50,904 bases of DNA from an uncultured Clostridia bacterium (lineage in GTDB: Bacteria > Bacillota > Clostridia > TANB77 > CAG-465). The position numbers and the translations under genes were made by a program. Below are positions 37,568 through 47,290 of the stretch, in pieces; the stretch's first letter is position 1, and each line of letters starts with the position of its first letter. The notes beneath the pieces are model-generated. The model was not told where the DNA came from. It searched no databases and saw nothing but the letters and a program-made list of their open reading frames with translations. The stretch lies in the NCBI GenBank assembly GCA_947632635.1, contig CANRQA010000004.1, forward strand, positions 1-50,904. The letters are read 5' to 3'.

Positions 37568-40500
37568 TTATCGTGCCGGTTGATCCAAATATACAAATCC
37601 TAATAAGGTATATCCCCATGGTGATGCTCCAAAACGTAGTTTTGTGATACCAAACCATTTCTTTGCAGTACCGGAATGGCTTATATAATAAAACTGATTT
37701 ACATTATCTACTGCCTCGACATAAGCTACATGACCACCATTACTGCCTCCTTCATACACTGCTAGTGAATTTTCCTTTGGAGTACTACCGGATGCAAAAT
37801 ATTTTCCTTCTCCATATACATCTATATGCATATCACCATTTGCACCAATATAATTTCCTTTACTATCATACATAGGTATCATTTTCATTGTTGTACCATG
37901 CTTACTTAAATAAACATCAGCTCTTCCTCTTGCCCACCACGGACATTGATATATACTTAATTTTATTTTTGATCTAGGTATTCCATCATCATCATAATAT
38001 GAAATTCTAAAGAAGTCTTCATTAGCAGATGCAGCGGTTATATCTTTAACTTTCTTTTTATCATTTAATGTAACAGCAGTACCACTATCGCTCAAATCAG
38101 TAGGCGCTGCTACTAAATTATATTGTTTTTCCAAACTTTTTTGTAATTCTATCATTCTATCATCATTTACACTACCATTAGAATTATATACATTTATTCC
38201 ATTATGCATATCAGAATTATTTACATTATTTTTTGTAAGATAAATATTTTCAGAACGAACATAGCCATATTTCTCAGCATACTCAACAAGAGCCCAACCA
38301 TCTTTATATTCAGTAATTTCTTTAATTTTTGAGCCATTATTAGTTATTTCAATAACACTTCTATAACTATCTCCAGGACCTACTCTTATCACAACTCCTT
38401 TAGCTAAATATCTAGTTGCATATACTGAACTTGCAACTCCTGAAGTATCTGGAGCATATTTAATCATATTAGCTGTACTAATTTCGAAAGTTTCATTATT
38501 ATATTTAGCCCAACACTTATTACTCTTTGGGTCTTTAGCTAAAACATAAACCTCAGTACCAGCTTTATATAACTTTGACTTTCCACCAGTAGTAGTACCA
38601 TATTCAGATTTACCTAAAAATCTATAATCATTAATTACAATTTGTCCTTGATAATATGGTAATGACGAAGCAGCGGCTGGTTCTTTTAATTCTACATTAA
38701 TATCCGCCATATCATCTAACTTTATATTATCATCTTGGTAAACAATTTTTAACTTACATATTCCACTACTTATTGCTTTTGCACTTTTTTTATCTGATGT
38801 AATTGATAAAACATCTCTTGTTGTCTTATATCCTTTTGAGCCATAATCATAATTTATTTCTTCTAAATATACATTTTGTAACAAATCTTGATATTCAGAT
38901 GTTATATTATTATATTCTTCTGAGCCCTTATATACTTTTCCACTTTCCATTATTATATCAGGATAAAAAGTATATACATTCATATCATACAAATTATATT
39001 GTGATTTTGCAAACTTAATATCTTTAACTTTATCGTATTTTTGACCTATAGCGTTATATCTTATTTCAGCACTAACATCCCCACATACAGCTCTTATTAT
39101 TCCTGAGCCACTACTATTTCCTTTTAATTTGATACCAGATAATATATTTTGCCCACCTGCAAGTATATAATCTTGATTATCTATTTCTAATTTAACATTT
39201 TTTAACAACTTTTCATATACTTCTGTATCATATATACCTGTTGATTCAGGATTATAATATTTTCCATTTTGCGTAGTTATTGCAACATATAATGGTACTT
39301 TACTAAATCCTACTTCATTATAATCTATTTTAAGTTCAGTATCTAAAAAAGATATTTGTGCAATTTCTCCCTCATATGAACGTAATTTTATTTTAACATT
39401 TATTTTTGGATTTAGCTTTGAAGAAATTATTAAATCAGCTGATTTTCCTATTTCTGATGCTTTAACTAAATAATTATCCCCCTGTTCATATATTGTAAAG
39501 AAATCTTTTTGTGCTCCAGTTATTTCATATTTTAAATCTTCTTTATCATAATTATACGGCTTTATATTAGCACTTATAACATAACCACAATCTACTTCCA
39601 TATCATATTGCTTTATTTGTTTTTGTGTTTTGCTATCAACAGGTAATTCAATACTTTCTATTTCCTGATATGTATTATTTAAAATCTTTGATTTTGTTAC
39701 ATCATCTACTTCTTCTGCTAATACTCTTACAGATATCTCTTTATATACAACTCCATTTAAAATTATATATACCTTTGCACTTCCAGCTCTTTTTCCTGTA
39801 ACTTTTAAAATATTTTCATCATTACTTACAGAAACAATCGAAGAATTTGAACTTTTTAATGTACAAACATTTTTTATTTGTTCAGTTAGATTATCTAAAA
39901 TTTCTTCTTTTCCACTTACAAGTACTAATTCTTCATCATCAGATAAGGAATCATTTATTATATTTTCATCATATTGTTCATTACTTACAACATTAATTCT
40001 TATTCTTGAAGTAATTTCTTCATTTTCTGCTGATATTACATTTACATATGTTACACCCTCACTTACTCCAACAATTTTACTACCATTTATTTTTGCTATT
40101 GATTCATTTTCACTTTTTCCTTTTAATTTTGTGTTATTTGCAGTAATAGGATTTACTGTTGCATATTTACTTATACTTACACTCTTTTTTACAGGTATAG
40201 TTATATTATCTATTGCAAGTATTCCTTGTACTTTTTCCTGTGGTATTACTTTTATATTTATTTTTTTACCACAATAAGTTGCCTCTATTTTTATTGCACT
40301 TTTACTACCTGATATTGCAGTTATTCTTCCGCTACTATCTACCTGCACTTTTGCTTCATTTTTAGATTTATATGTTACTCCATTTAAGACTTGTCCATCA
40401 GAATCTTTTAAAGTTACTTTTATACTACTATTTTTTTCTAATTGTATTGATGATTTTATTCTCTCATCATTTTCATCATACACATATATACTTTTAGGTT

Positions 40501-40885
40501 GTACATATACTGTCTTTTTTACTATTACGCCTGTATCATGTTTTACAATTAATTCACAACTACCGTAACTAACTCCTTTTACAATTAACTTTTCATTATC
40601 TATAACTTGTAATATATTTGAATTTGAGGTAGATATTTCTATTTTTCCGTTCTTAAAACTTCCTTTTTTTCGTATACCTACTTTTGTTTCTTTATCTTTT
40701 ATAAACTTAGTCTTAGTTATTTCTATACTATCTATTATTTTAGATTTTTCATTTGTTACTTTATATACGCCTTCATCTTGTATTACAGTACTTGCCATTA
40801 CAGTCCCAAGTGTTATAAAAGACATTACTATCATTATAAATAATGCAATATTTTTTACTTTATTCCACCTCTTCATATAAATCAT
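37568..40885 (-). CDS. Secreted cell-wall hydrolase: Ig-like (Big_2) repeats, SH3b-like region, C-terminal CHAP domain
   Basis: Signal peptide; S.N..I..V...G.I.A repeats; IRVGPG..Y...GWALVEY...GYV (SH3b); YQCPWWARGR and GHVAYVEAV (CHAP Cys/His). Confidence 0.85.
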   Translation of the reverse strand: MIYMKRWNKVKNIALFIMIVMSFITLGTVMASTVIQDEGVYKVTNEKSKIIDSIEITKTKFIKDKETKVGIRKKGSFKNGKIEISTSNSNILQVIDNEKLIVKGVSYGSCELIVKHDTGVIVKKTVYVQPKSIYVYDENDERIKSSIQLEKNSSIKVTLKDSDGQVLNGVTYKSKNEAKVQVDSSGRITAISGSKSAIKIEATYCGKKINIKVIPQEKVQGILAIDNITIPVKKSVSISKYATVNPITANNTKLKGKSENESIAKINGSKIVGVSEGVTYVNVISAENEEITSRIRINVVSNEQYDENIINDSLSDDEELVLVSGKEEILDNLTEQIKNVCTLKSSNSSIVSVSNDENILKVTGKRAGSAKVYIILNGVVYKEISVRVLAEEVDDVTKSKILNNTYQEIESIELPVDSKTQKQIKQYDMEVDCGYVISANIKPYNYDKEDLKYEITGAQKDFFTIYEQGDNYLVKASEIGKSADLIISSKLNPKINVKIKLRSYEGEIAQISFLDTELKIDYNEVGFSKVPLYVAITTQNGKYYNPESTGIYDTEVYEKLLKNVKLEIDNQDYILAGGQNILSGIKLKGNSSGSGIIRAVCGDVSAEIRYNAIGQKYDKVKDIKFAKSQYNLYDMNVYTFYPDIIMESGKVYKGSEEYNNITSEYQDLLQNVYLEEINYDYGSKGYKTTRDVLSITSDKKSAKAISSGICKLKIVYQDDNIKLDDMADINVELKEPAAASSLPYYQGQIVINDYRFLGKSEYGTTTGGKSKLYKAGTEVYVLAKDPKSNKCWAKYNNETFEISTANMIKYAPDTSGVASSVYATRYLAKGVVIRVGPGDSYRSVIEITNNGSKIKEITEYKDGWALVEYAEKYGYVRSENIYLTKNNVNNSDMHNGINVYNSNGSVNDDRMIELQKSLEKQYNLVAAPTDLSDSGTAVTLNDKKKVKDITAASANEDFFRISYYDDDGIPRSKIKLSIYQCPWWARGRADVYLSKHGTTMKMIPMYDSKGNYIGANGDMHIDVYGEGKYFASGSTPKENSLAVYEGGSNGGHVAYVEAVDNVNQFYYISHSGTAKKWFGITKLRFGASPWGYTLLGFVYLDQPAR

Positions 40886-41408
40886 TTTCTCCTAACCTTT
40901 TAATTACTATTGTTTTTAAACCAACTATATCATTTGGCACTTTTATTATTACTTTTTTTACTTCTTTTTCTTTAAACTTTAAATCAGATATTTTTAACAT
41001 TGCATGTAATTCATTTACTTCTTTTATTATCATTAAATTAAAACCGGTTGTTTCTTCTTCATTTGGTAATGTATCTTCTACTAACATTTCAATAATGGTA
41101 CTTTTCCCGTCCTCAGAATATATATCTATATCGTGTACATAAATTCCATCTGATAAAGTATAATCAGATATATATTCTTTAGTATTTCTTTTTATGTTAT
41201 CATCTATTCCATATGATACATATAATTCATCTTCTATTCCATCACATTCTAATGAATATTCTAAATTATTTATATCTCTATCTTTTTCTTCATAATACGA
41301 AATATTTTTGTTTTTCATAATAGTAAAAATTATTGCGCATATTATAATTAGTATAATTACTATGCATATTATACCAAATAACAAGATTTTCTTTTTTTTA
41401 TTATTCAT
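40860..41408 (-). CDS. Hypothetical single-TM acidic protein
   Basis: Basic N-terminus plus TM helix. Start moved to ATG 41408, which has an AAAGGAG RBS. Confidence 0.7.
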   Translation of the reverse strand: MNNKKKKILLFGIICIVIILIIICAIIFTIMKNKNISYYEEKDRDINNLEYSLECDGIEDELYVSYGIDDNIKRNTKEYISDYTLSDGIYVHDIDIYSEDGKSTIIEMLVEDTLPNEEETTGFNLMIIKEVNELHAMLKISDLKFKEKEVKKVIIKVPNDIVGLKTIVIKRLGENDLYEEVE

Positions 41409-41433
41409 TTCTTTATCTCCTTTTTCATTCGAC

Positions 41434-41916
41434 TTAATATATTTTTTCAACTTTAATATCATATACATTTGATATATCTATATTTGGTATAATTTTTACT
41501 TTTTCTTCTATTTCATAACTTTCAAGAAAACTATGAGACTCAATTATTCTACCAACTTCTTTTTGGTTTGAATTAATAAATACAAGTTCATAACTTCCTT
41601 CTTCAACAGTATCACTTGTAACATTTTGTACATCATATGTTATCTCTGTATTTTTCCCATCATATTTTATTGTAAAATCTGAAATTTCTAATTCATCAAT
41701 TCTTTTTGCATTTTCTAACTCTTCACTTATATTTACTTTAACACCATCTATTTCTTCAATATTTTCGTCTCCATCTATTGATACCAATTCATATTTATTT
41801 TTTGTTTTTTCTTGCCCATTTGATAAATTTATTGTTATTATTACAGCACAAGCCACTACAACTAATATAAATATTATTATTGTTATTAAACTAAATCTCA
41901 CTTTTTTATTTTCCAT
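41434..41916 (-). CDS. Hypothetical single-TM protein with probable Ig-like (FxLYD-like) domain
   Basis: AGGAGG RBS, TM helix and V.N.T...Y.L.F.N....VG pattern. Confidence 0.7.
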   Translation of the reverse strand: MENKKVRFSLITIIIFILVVVACAVIITINLSNGQEKTKNKYELVSIDGDENIEEIDGVKVNISEELENAKRIDELEISDFTIKYDGKNTEITYDVQNVTSDTVEEGSYELVFINSNQKEVGRIIESHSFLESYEIEEKVKIIPNIDISNVYDIKVEKIY

Positions 41917-42032
41917 GGCCTACCTCCTAATTTACTATTTTAATTTTACCATGATATATATTATTTTTCTATAATAATATTATTACTTTTCCGTTACGTT
42001 TTGATTACAATTATAGTGCCTATAAATCATGC

Positions 42033-42083
42033 AAAAAAGCTGATAAATAAAATAATTTATATCTTATTTACCAGCTTTGTTTT
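42033..42083 (-). terminator. Terminator after the orphan lipoprotein
   Basis: AAAGCTGATAAATAA / TTATTTACCAGCTTT imperfect inverted repeat with A/T tails. Confidence 0.7.
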
Positions 42084-42788
42084 TTAAATTTCGACAAACG
42101 GCCTATTGCACATCACTATTCCAATTGGCAATTTTTTTTCGAATTTGTCTACATTATTATAAATTTCTTCTGTTTCCTCATAATATATATTACCATGATG
42201 AAGTCTATATATATCATCACCACTTTTAAAGAAGTAATCTTCGTTTCCTTCATCACATCCTAAATATATACTATTACTGGGTACAGAGTGACTACATTTT
42301 ACGTTTCCCATATTCCAATATTCAACTTTTCCACTTCTTTTATCATAGGTAAGCGCACCGGCAGTACATAACATTATATACTTTTTTTCAACACCAGCAG
42401 TATGAAGTGTTTTTGATACCTTTCCATCTTCAGAATGTAACAGGCCTTGAGTATCCATCCACATAAGCTTACTATTAATCTCTATTGGGAAATACATACC
42501 TTCTTCATTATTGTCTTTTTCAAAATATGTCCGATTACTATTAATTGCTGTCATACCAGTTTTTTTACTTACCTCTACTAATTCTTCGTCTGTAACAAAA
42601 GGTGTAGCATACTCATAAGTTAGAGTATTATATGAGGCTATCATTTCATCTAATCTAGAAGTATATACCTCAAGATATCCCTTTACCTCTTGTTCTGTTA
42701 AAACATTATCTTCATTATTACTCCGTTTGCAGGAACATATACAAAGGCTCATCAAAATAGTCATAATTATACATACTACCTTTTTCAT
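42084..42788 (-). CDS. Orphan putative lipoprotein
   Basis: MKK plus hydrophobic stretch plus ICSC lipobox-like motif; AAAGGAG RBS; own promoter and terminator; two in-frame CGG codons. Confidence 0.7.
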   Translation of the reverse strand: MKKVVCIIMTILMSLCICSCKRSNNEDNVLTEQEVKGYLEVYTSRLDEMIASYNTLTYEYATPFVTDEELVEVSKKTGMTAINSNRTYFEKDNNEEGMYFPIEINSKLMWMDTQGLLHSEDGKVSKTLHTAGVEKKYIMLCTAGALTYDKRSGKVEYWNMGNVKCSHSVPSNSIYLGCDEGNEDYFFKSGDDIYRLHHGNIYYEETEEIYNNVDKFEKKLPIGIVMCNRPFVEI

Positions 42789-42845
42789 ATTTTACACTCC
42801 TTTATAATAATTATTACAAAATTTTATTATTTTAACTACATATTT

Positions 42846-42874
42846 ATTATATCACAATAAATGAAATAAGTCAA
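42846..42874 (-). promoter_or_regulatory. Sigma-A promoter with extended -10
   Basis: TTGACT, 17 bp spacer, TGaTATAAT on the minus strand. Confidence 0.75.
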
Positions 42875-42904
42875 ATTATGTAAATTAATGAAGTGCGACT
42901 TTTT

Positions 42905-42941
42905 AAAAATACTGCTAAAGCTAAATCTTCAACAGTATTTT
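42905..42941 (-). terminator. Terminator after the capA-like gene
   Basis: AAAATACTG / CAGTATTTT inverted repeat. Confidence 0.65.
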
Positions 42942-42948
42942 ATATATA

Positions 42949-44304
42949 TTAAAATTTTATAATTATTTTATCATCTTCTATGCTAGAATTTAAGCCATTT
43001 TCTATATGCCAATTATTAAATTGATTTAGATATTCAGCACAACTTTCAGGATTATAATTGCTATATAATCTAACAATTTTTTTATCTTCAATGTATGTTG
43101 GCGTTAATTCTAAAGAATCGATTTTTCCTTCATTTGATACTTTTAATTTAAATATAAATCCCTCTTTTGCTACTGTATAATCAGAATCTGTTATAAATGT
43201 ACCAGTACTATATATTATTGGTTTTCCATTATATACTACAATAGGATATACACCTAAAGCGTGTGTTCCAAGCACCATATCAGCACCACTATCTATTGCT
43301 ACTTTTGCAATGTTTCTCATTTGATCTGTAAGCCCATATGTATGGTCTCTTCCCCAATGAACATCTGCAATAACAAAATCAGCAGATTCTTTTGCCTCTT
43401 TAATATTCTTTTTAAAATTTGCCTCAGTATATGTACTAATTCCAACATTAGAATAATTTTTTGCTGTCCCAATAAGTACAGCATTAGTAGAAACAACAGC
43501 AATTTTTTTATTTCCTTTTTCAAAATATACAGGCATATCTTCTCTTCCTGCAACAAATATATCGCTTTCTTCAAGTGTTGATATAGTATTATTTACTATA
43601 TCATTTGGAAAGTCTACCATATGGTCTGATGCAATAGATACACTATCAAGGCCTAATGCATTTAAAGCATTAATAATATCTTTTGTAACTAAATACTTAC
43701 TTTTCGCATTATTAATTTCTTCTAAACTTGTTATATTAGTAGAAAAATTAGCATATGTAAAATCTGCATTACGCGATATATTATATACTTCTTTAATACT
43801 TGATGTATAAAGATAATTTAGATTACTTGTTACCTCTCCACCAAACATCAACTCACCCAAAAAATTCATAGTAATAGAGCCGTCATTTTGCACAGGAGTA
43901 ATATTATTAGTTTCATCTATTAATTTATTAGTAACTTCATCTTGATTATTTCCAGTTTCTTTAGCATTTTCAGTAGTTTCGCTCTTTTTATTTTCAGTTT
44001 GGTTATTTTCATCTTGATTATTTTGTGCCACTTCTTCATCACTTGTATTTTCATTTATAACTGGTGTAGTCTCCTCAGTTTCAAGTCCTTCTATATCTGC
44101 TATATTAAAAGTAGAATTTTCCTTAAACTTAACTGTAGAGTTTTTTACTTTCTCTTTAAGAATATTTGCAGTAACTAAACTTGAAACAAAAAATATTACT
44201 GTTATACCACAAGCAACTAGAAGAAAATTCCTTAAATTTAAATAGTTCCTAATATCAAATCTTCTTCTATTGAGTTTAATTCTATTTCTAAAAGACATCC
44301 CCAT
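42949..44304 (-). CDS. CapA (PGA_cap) family membrane protein with degenerate metallophosphoesterase motifs
   Basis: TM helix, acidic linker, FLGELMFG, SIASDHMVD, VHWG, GADMVLGTH and PIIYSTG. Confidence 0.85.
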   Translation of the reverse strand: MGMSFRNRIKLNRRRFDIRNYLNLRNFLLVACGITVIFFVSSLVTANILKEKVKNSTVKFKENSTFNIADIEGLETEETTPVINENTSDEEVAQNNQDENNQTENKKSETTENAKETGNNQDEVTNKLIDETNNITPVQNDGSITMNFLGELMFGGEVTSNLNYLYTSSIKEVYNISRNADFTYANFSTNITSLEEINNAKSKYLVTKDIINALNALGLDSVSIASDHMVDFPNDIVNNTISTLEESDIFVAGREDMPVYFEKGNKKIAVVSTNAVLIGTAKNYSNVGISTYTEANFKKNIKEAKESADFVIADVHWGRDHTYGLTDQMRNIAKVAIDSGADMVLGTHALGVYPIVVYNGKPIIYSTGTFITDSDYTVAKEGFIFKLKVSNEGKIDSLELTPTYIEDKKIVRLYSNYNPESCAEYLNQFNNWHIENGLNSSIEDDKIIIKF

Positions 44305-45527
44305 AATTTTCTATCCCCTCTTACTTTTACTTTTATATAATTATCTGTATAACCATATAAGAAACCTGACTTATATGATTCAAATAATACTTTCCTTTTT
44401 GTTTTTAAAAAGTTATTCATATATTTTAATTTACTAGCATTTGCAAGTTCTATCATTTTTTTACTTCTTTCATTTTTTATATTTCCGTCAACTTGATTTT
44501 CATAACTTGCAGCTTTAGTCCATTTTCTTTTAGAATATTTAAAAATATGCATTTCATAAAAGCCTATCTTTTTTGCATTATCATATGTATTTTTAAATTC
44601 TTCATCAGTTTCTCCCGGGAAACCTACTATAATATCACAAGTCAATGCTACATCTTTTATATATTTTTTTATAACTTTTATTCTATCAAATAAATACTTA
44701 ACATCGTATTTTCTATTCATACGCTTTAATACATTATCATCTAAACTTTGAACTGATAAATGAAAGTGTGGACAAAGTTTTTTTACCTTTGAAATTCTTG
44801 TTATAAATTCATCAGTAAGTATTCTAGGCTCTAATGAGCCAAGTCTAATTCGCTTTAGTCCATCAATCTTATCTATCCTTTCAACTACATCAATTAATGA
44901 AACATCTTCATCTAAATCTTTACCATATGAGGCTATTTCAATTCCTACAAGTACAACCTCTGATACGCCACTTTGTACTAAATTTTCTACTTCTTTTACT
45001 ATATCATCTAAATTTCTACTTCTAACTCTTCCTCTAACATATGGTATAATACAATACGAGCAAAAATTATTACAACCGTCTTCAATTTTTATGCTTTCGC
45101 GTACATTAATTCCTCTAGTTAAAATGTCTTTTTGAGTATATCTTTTTACATTTGAAATATCACTTACTTTTACTATGTTTTCATAGCTATCTTTTAATTT
45201 TAAATAATCTTCTACTATGTCAACTATTTTATCTTTTTCTTCATTTCCTATTATAATATCTGCATTTTGTAATTCTTTTTTATCTATTATTTCTTGTGCA
45301 TAGCAACCAGCAAGTACAGTTATACCACCTTGCTTTTTTGCTTTACTTAGCTCTTGCCTTGTTTTTCTTGTAGACATATTAGTTACGCTACATGAGTTTA
45401 TAACATATATATCAGATTTTTTATCAAATGGTGAAATATCATATCCTCTTTTTTTAAATTTTTCACTCATTAAATCTGTTTCATATTGATTTACTTTACA
45501 ACCTAATGTATAAAATGCTATTTTCAA
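44238..45527 (-). CDS. mtaB: tRNA t6A37 methylthiotransferase (radical SAM)
   Basis: TLGCKVNQYE, INSCSVT, GCYAQ, CNNFCSYC, VGFPGET and GYTDNY motifs; TTG start with GAAGGAG RBS. Confidence 0.93.
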   Translation of the reverse strand: MKIAFYTLGCKVNQYETDLMSEKFKKRGYDISPFDKKSDIYVINSCSVTNMSTRKTRQELSKAKKQGGITVLAGCYAQEIIDKKELQNADIIIGNEEKDKIVDIVEDYLKLKDSYENIVKVSDISNVKRYTQKDILTRGINVRESIKIEDGCNNFCSYCIIPYVRGRVRSRNLDDIVKEVENLVQSGVSEVVLVGIEIASYGKDLDEDVSLIDVVERIDKIDGLKRIRLGSLEPRILTDEFITRISKVKKLCPHFHLSVQSLDDNVLKRMNRKYDVKYLFDRIKVIKKYIKDVALTCDIIVGFPGETDEEFKNTYDNAKKIGFYEMHIFKYSKRKWTKAASYENQVDGNIKNERSKKMIELANASKLKYMNNFLKTKRKVLFESYKSGFLYGYTDNYIKVKVRGDRKLWGCLLEIELNSIEEDLILGTI

Positions 45528-45599
45528 TTTATTCTCCTTCTAATTACAACATTATTTTACTACATTTTAATTTTTTTTTCAATAAAAGTTTTTATAGTT

Positions 45600-46349
45600 T
45601 TATATACTAATACGTTTTGCATTTTCTTTTAACCATTTATCTATATTATCATAATCTGGCTCATATTTTTTTATATATTCATAAAATTCTTTACTATGAT
45701 TTGGATATTTTATATGAGCAAGTTCATGAATAATTATTGCGTCAAATGCTCTTTGTGGTAACATTACAAGACGCAAGTTAAAATTTAATGATTTTTTCTG
45801 TGGGACACAACTTCCAAGTTTTGTTGTTGCATCATGAACTTTAAAGTACGAATATTTTATTCCCATTTTACTACTTATTTCAGGTAACCTTTCTTGTAAT
45901 TTTACATAAGTGTTATTTTTTAAAATACTTTTTATACCTCTATCAACGTTTTCTTTTATAACTTTTTCGTCTAGTAAATTATTTGGCAAACTTATTACTA
46001 TTTGCTTTTTTTCTACGTCGATTTTTATTTCAATTTTTTGTAAGTCACAATGCTCTCTTTTTACAGTATAATCCTCACCTAAATATAACATTTTTTCACC
46101 TGTTACCCAGTGTTTTATGCTACTTTCTAAATTAGTTGTAGAAATTATTTTCATATACTCATCATATAACGAATTTTCATTTTCTTTTATTATACTTTCT
46201 ACTCTACTAAAGTTTAAAGATGCAGGTTTACTAATACATAAAGTATCTGCCTTAAAATACAGCTTCACACTATTTGAATTTTGGTAATTTCTAACTTGTA
46301 CGGGAACTTTTTCATTTTTAATTAACACATAATATCTTGTATTTGCCAT
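45600..46349 (-). CDS. YgjP-like / DUF45 zinc metallohydrolase
   Basis: GSC, LNFNLRL, HELAH and NHSKEFY motifs. Confidence 0.88.
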   Translation of the reverse strand: MANTRYYVLIKNEKVPVQVRNYQNSNSVKLYFKADTLCISKPASLNFSRVESIIKENENSLYDEYMKIISTTNLESSIKHWVTGEKMLYLGEDYTVKREHCDLQKIEIKIDVEKKQIVISLPNNLLDEKVIKENVDRGIKSILKNNTYVKLQERLPEISSKMGIKYSYFKVHDATTKLGSCVPQKKSLNFNLRLVMLPQRAFDAIIIHELAHIKYPNHSKEFYEYIKKYEPDYDNIDKWLKENAKRISI

Positions 46350-46373
46350 TTTTATATAATTCTCCTTAAAATT

Positions 46374-47186
46374 TTACATATATTGCTCAATTTGTATAAC
46401 TAAATTATCACTTTTTGTAGTTCTAATAATGCCTGTAAATTTAAACTTACCAAGTCCTCTAAATGATACTATATCGCCTATTTCTAGTTTTGTATCTTGA
46501 AAAAATATGTTTTTGTCGTTTATATATAAATCGCCTTTTAAAATTTTTGCTTTTACTTCATTTCTGCTTAAGTTATATATCGTACTAAGACAAGCATCAA
46601 CTCTATTAGATGGGGCAATATATTCTTTTAAAATTGTATCAGTTTTAAGTGACTTTACTTCACTTGAGGTAATACTTAAAATTTCTGTTTTTACTTCATA
46701 GGAAGATACATAAGTTAAATTATTTTGTATATAATCTACAATAGAGGTTAAACAAAACACATACCCACATTGTTCATTTGCAAATATATCTCCTATAACT
46801 TCTCGTTTTATACCTAAATTATATATACTTCCCATATAGTCTTTATGTTTTACTTTCATTGCGTATTTTGGTGGTGGTATAATTTTTATACAAGATATAT
46901 ATCCATCAATTGTATCTTCCATATTCTCAATATATGAGGGTTTGAAAAATATAACTTTTTTTGTAGTATCACTATTTTTGGGATATAATTCATAACTTAA
47001 TTTTAGTTCATTTAATATACTTAATATTTTACTTTGTTCATTAAGATTTAAAAAATTTGTATATTCTAGCTTATCTCCTTTCTCAAATCTATAAGCCTTA
47101 TCTAGTATATTTGACACAAGTATTTTATCATCTTTTAAATCATTAAATCTTTCTAATATTTTTGATTTTAACTCTTTTGTTATCAT
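46374..47186 (-). CDS. ylmH: YlmH-like S4-domain RNA-binding protein
   Basis: TNFLN, HKDYMGSI.NLGIKRE.IGDI, S.RVD and GDIVSFRG.GK motifs. Confidence 0.88.
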   Translation of the reverse strand: MITKELKSKILERFNDLKDDKILVSNILDKAYRFEKGDKLEYTNFLNLNEQSKILSILNELKLSYELYPKNSDTTKKVIFFKPSYIENMEDTIDGYISCIKIIPPPKYAMKVKHKDYMGSIYNLGIKREVIGDIFANEQCGYVFCLTSIVDYIQNNLTYVSSYEVKTEILSITSSEVKSLKTDTILKEYIAPSNRVDACLSTIYNLSRNEVKAKILKGDLYINDKNIFFQDTKLEIGDIVSFRGLGKFKFTGIIRTTKSDNLVIQIEQYM

Positions 47187-47241
47187 GCTATAATTATATT
47201 ACAATTTTTCCTAAGATACAATATTTTAGTCTAAATATAGC

Positions 47242-47280
47242 AAAATTGAGAATTAATACTAATGATTAATTCTCAATTTA
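47242..47280. terminator. Terminator of the stp-pknB operon
   Basis: AAATTGAGAATTAAT / ATTAATTCTCAATTT perfect inverted repeat. Confidence 0.8.
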
Positions 47281-47290
47281 CATCAAATTT

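Noticed and set aside
43317-43574. Alternative-frame 85-aa minus-strand ORF inside the capA-like gene as a sign of double frameshift
   Set aside because: The main frame carries the family motifs (VHWG, GAD) through this interval, and the alternative frame has none.
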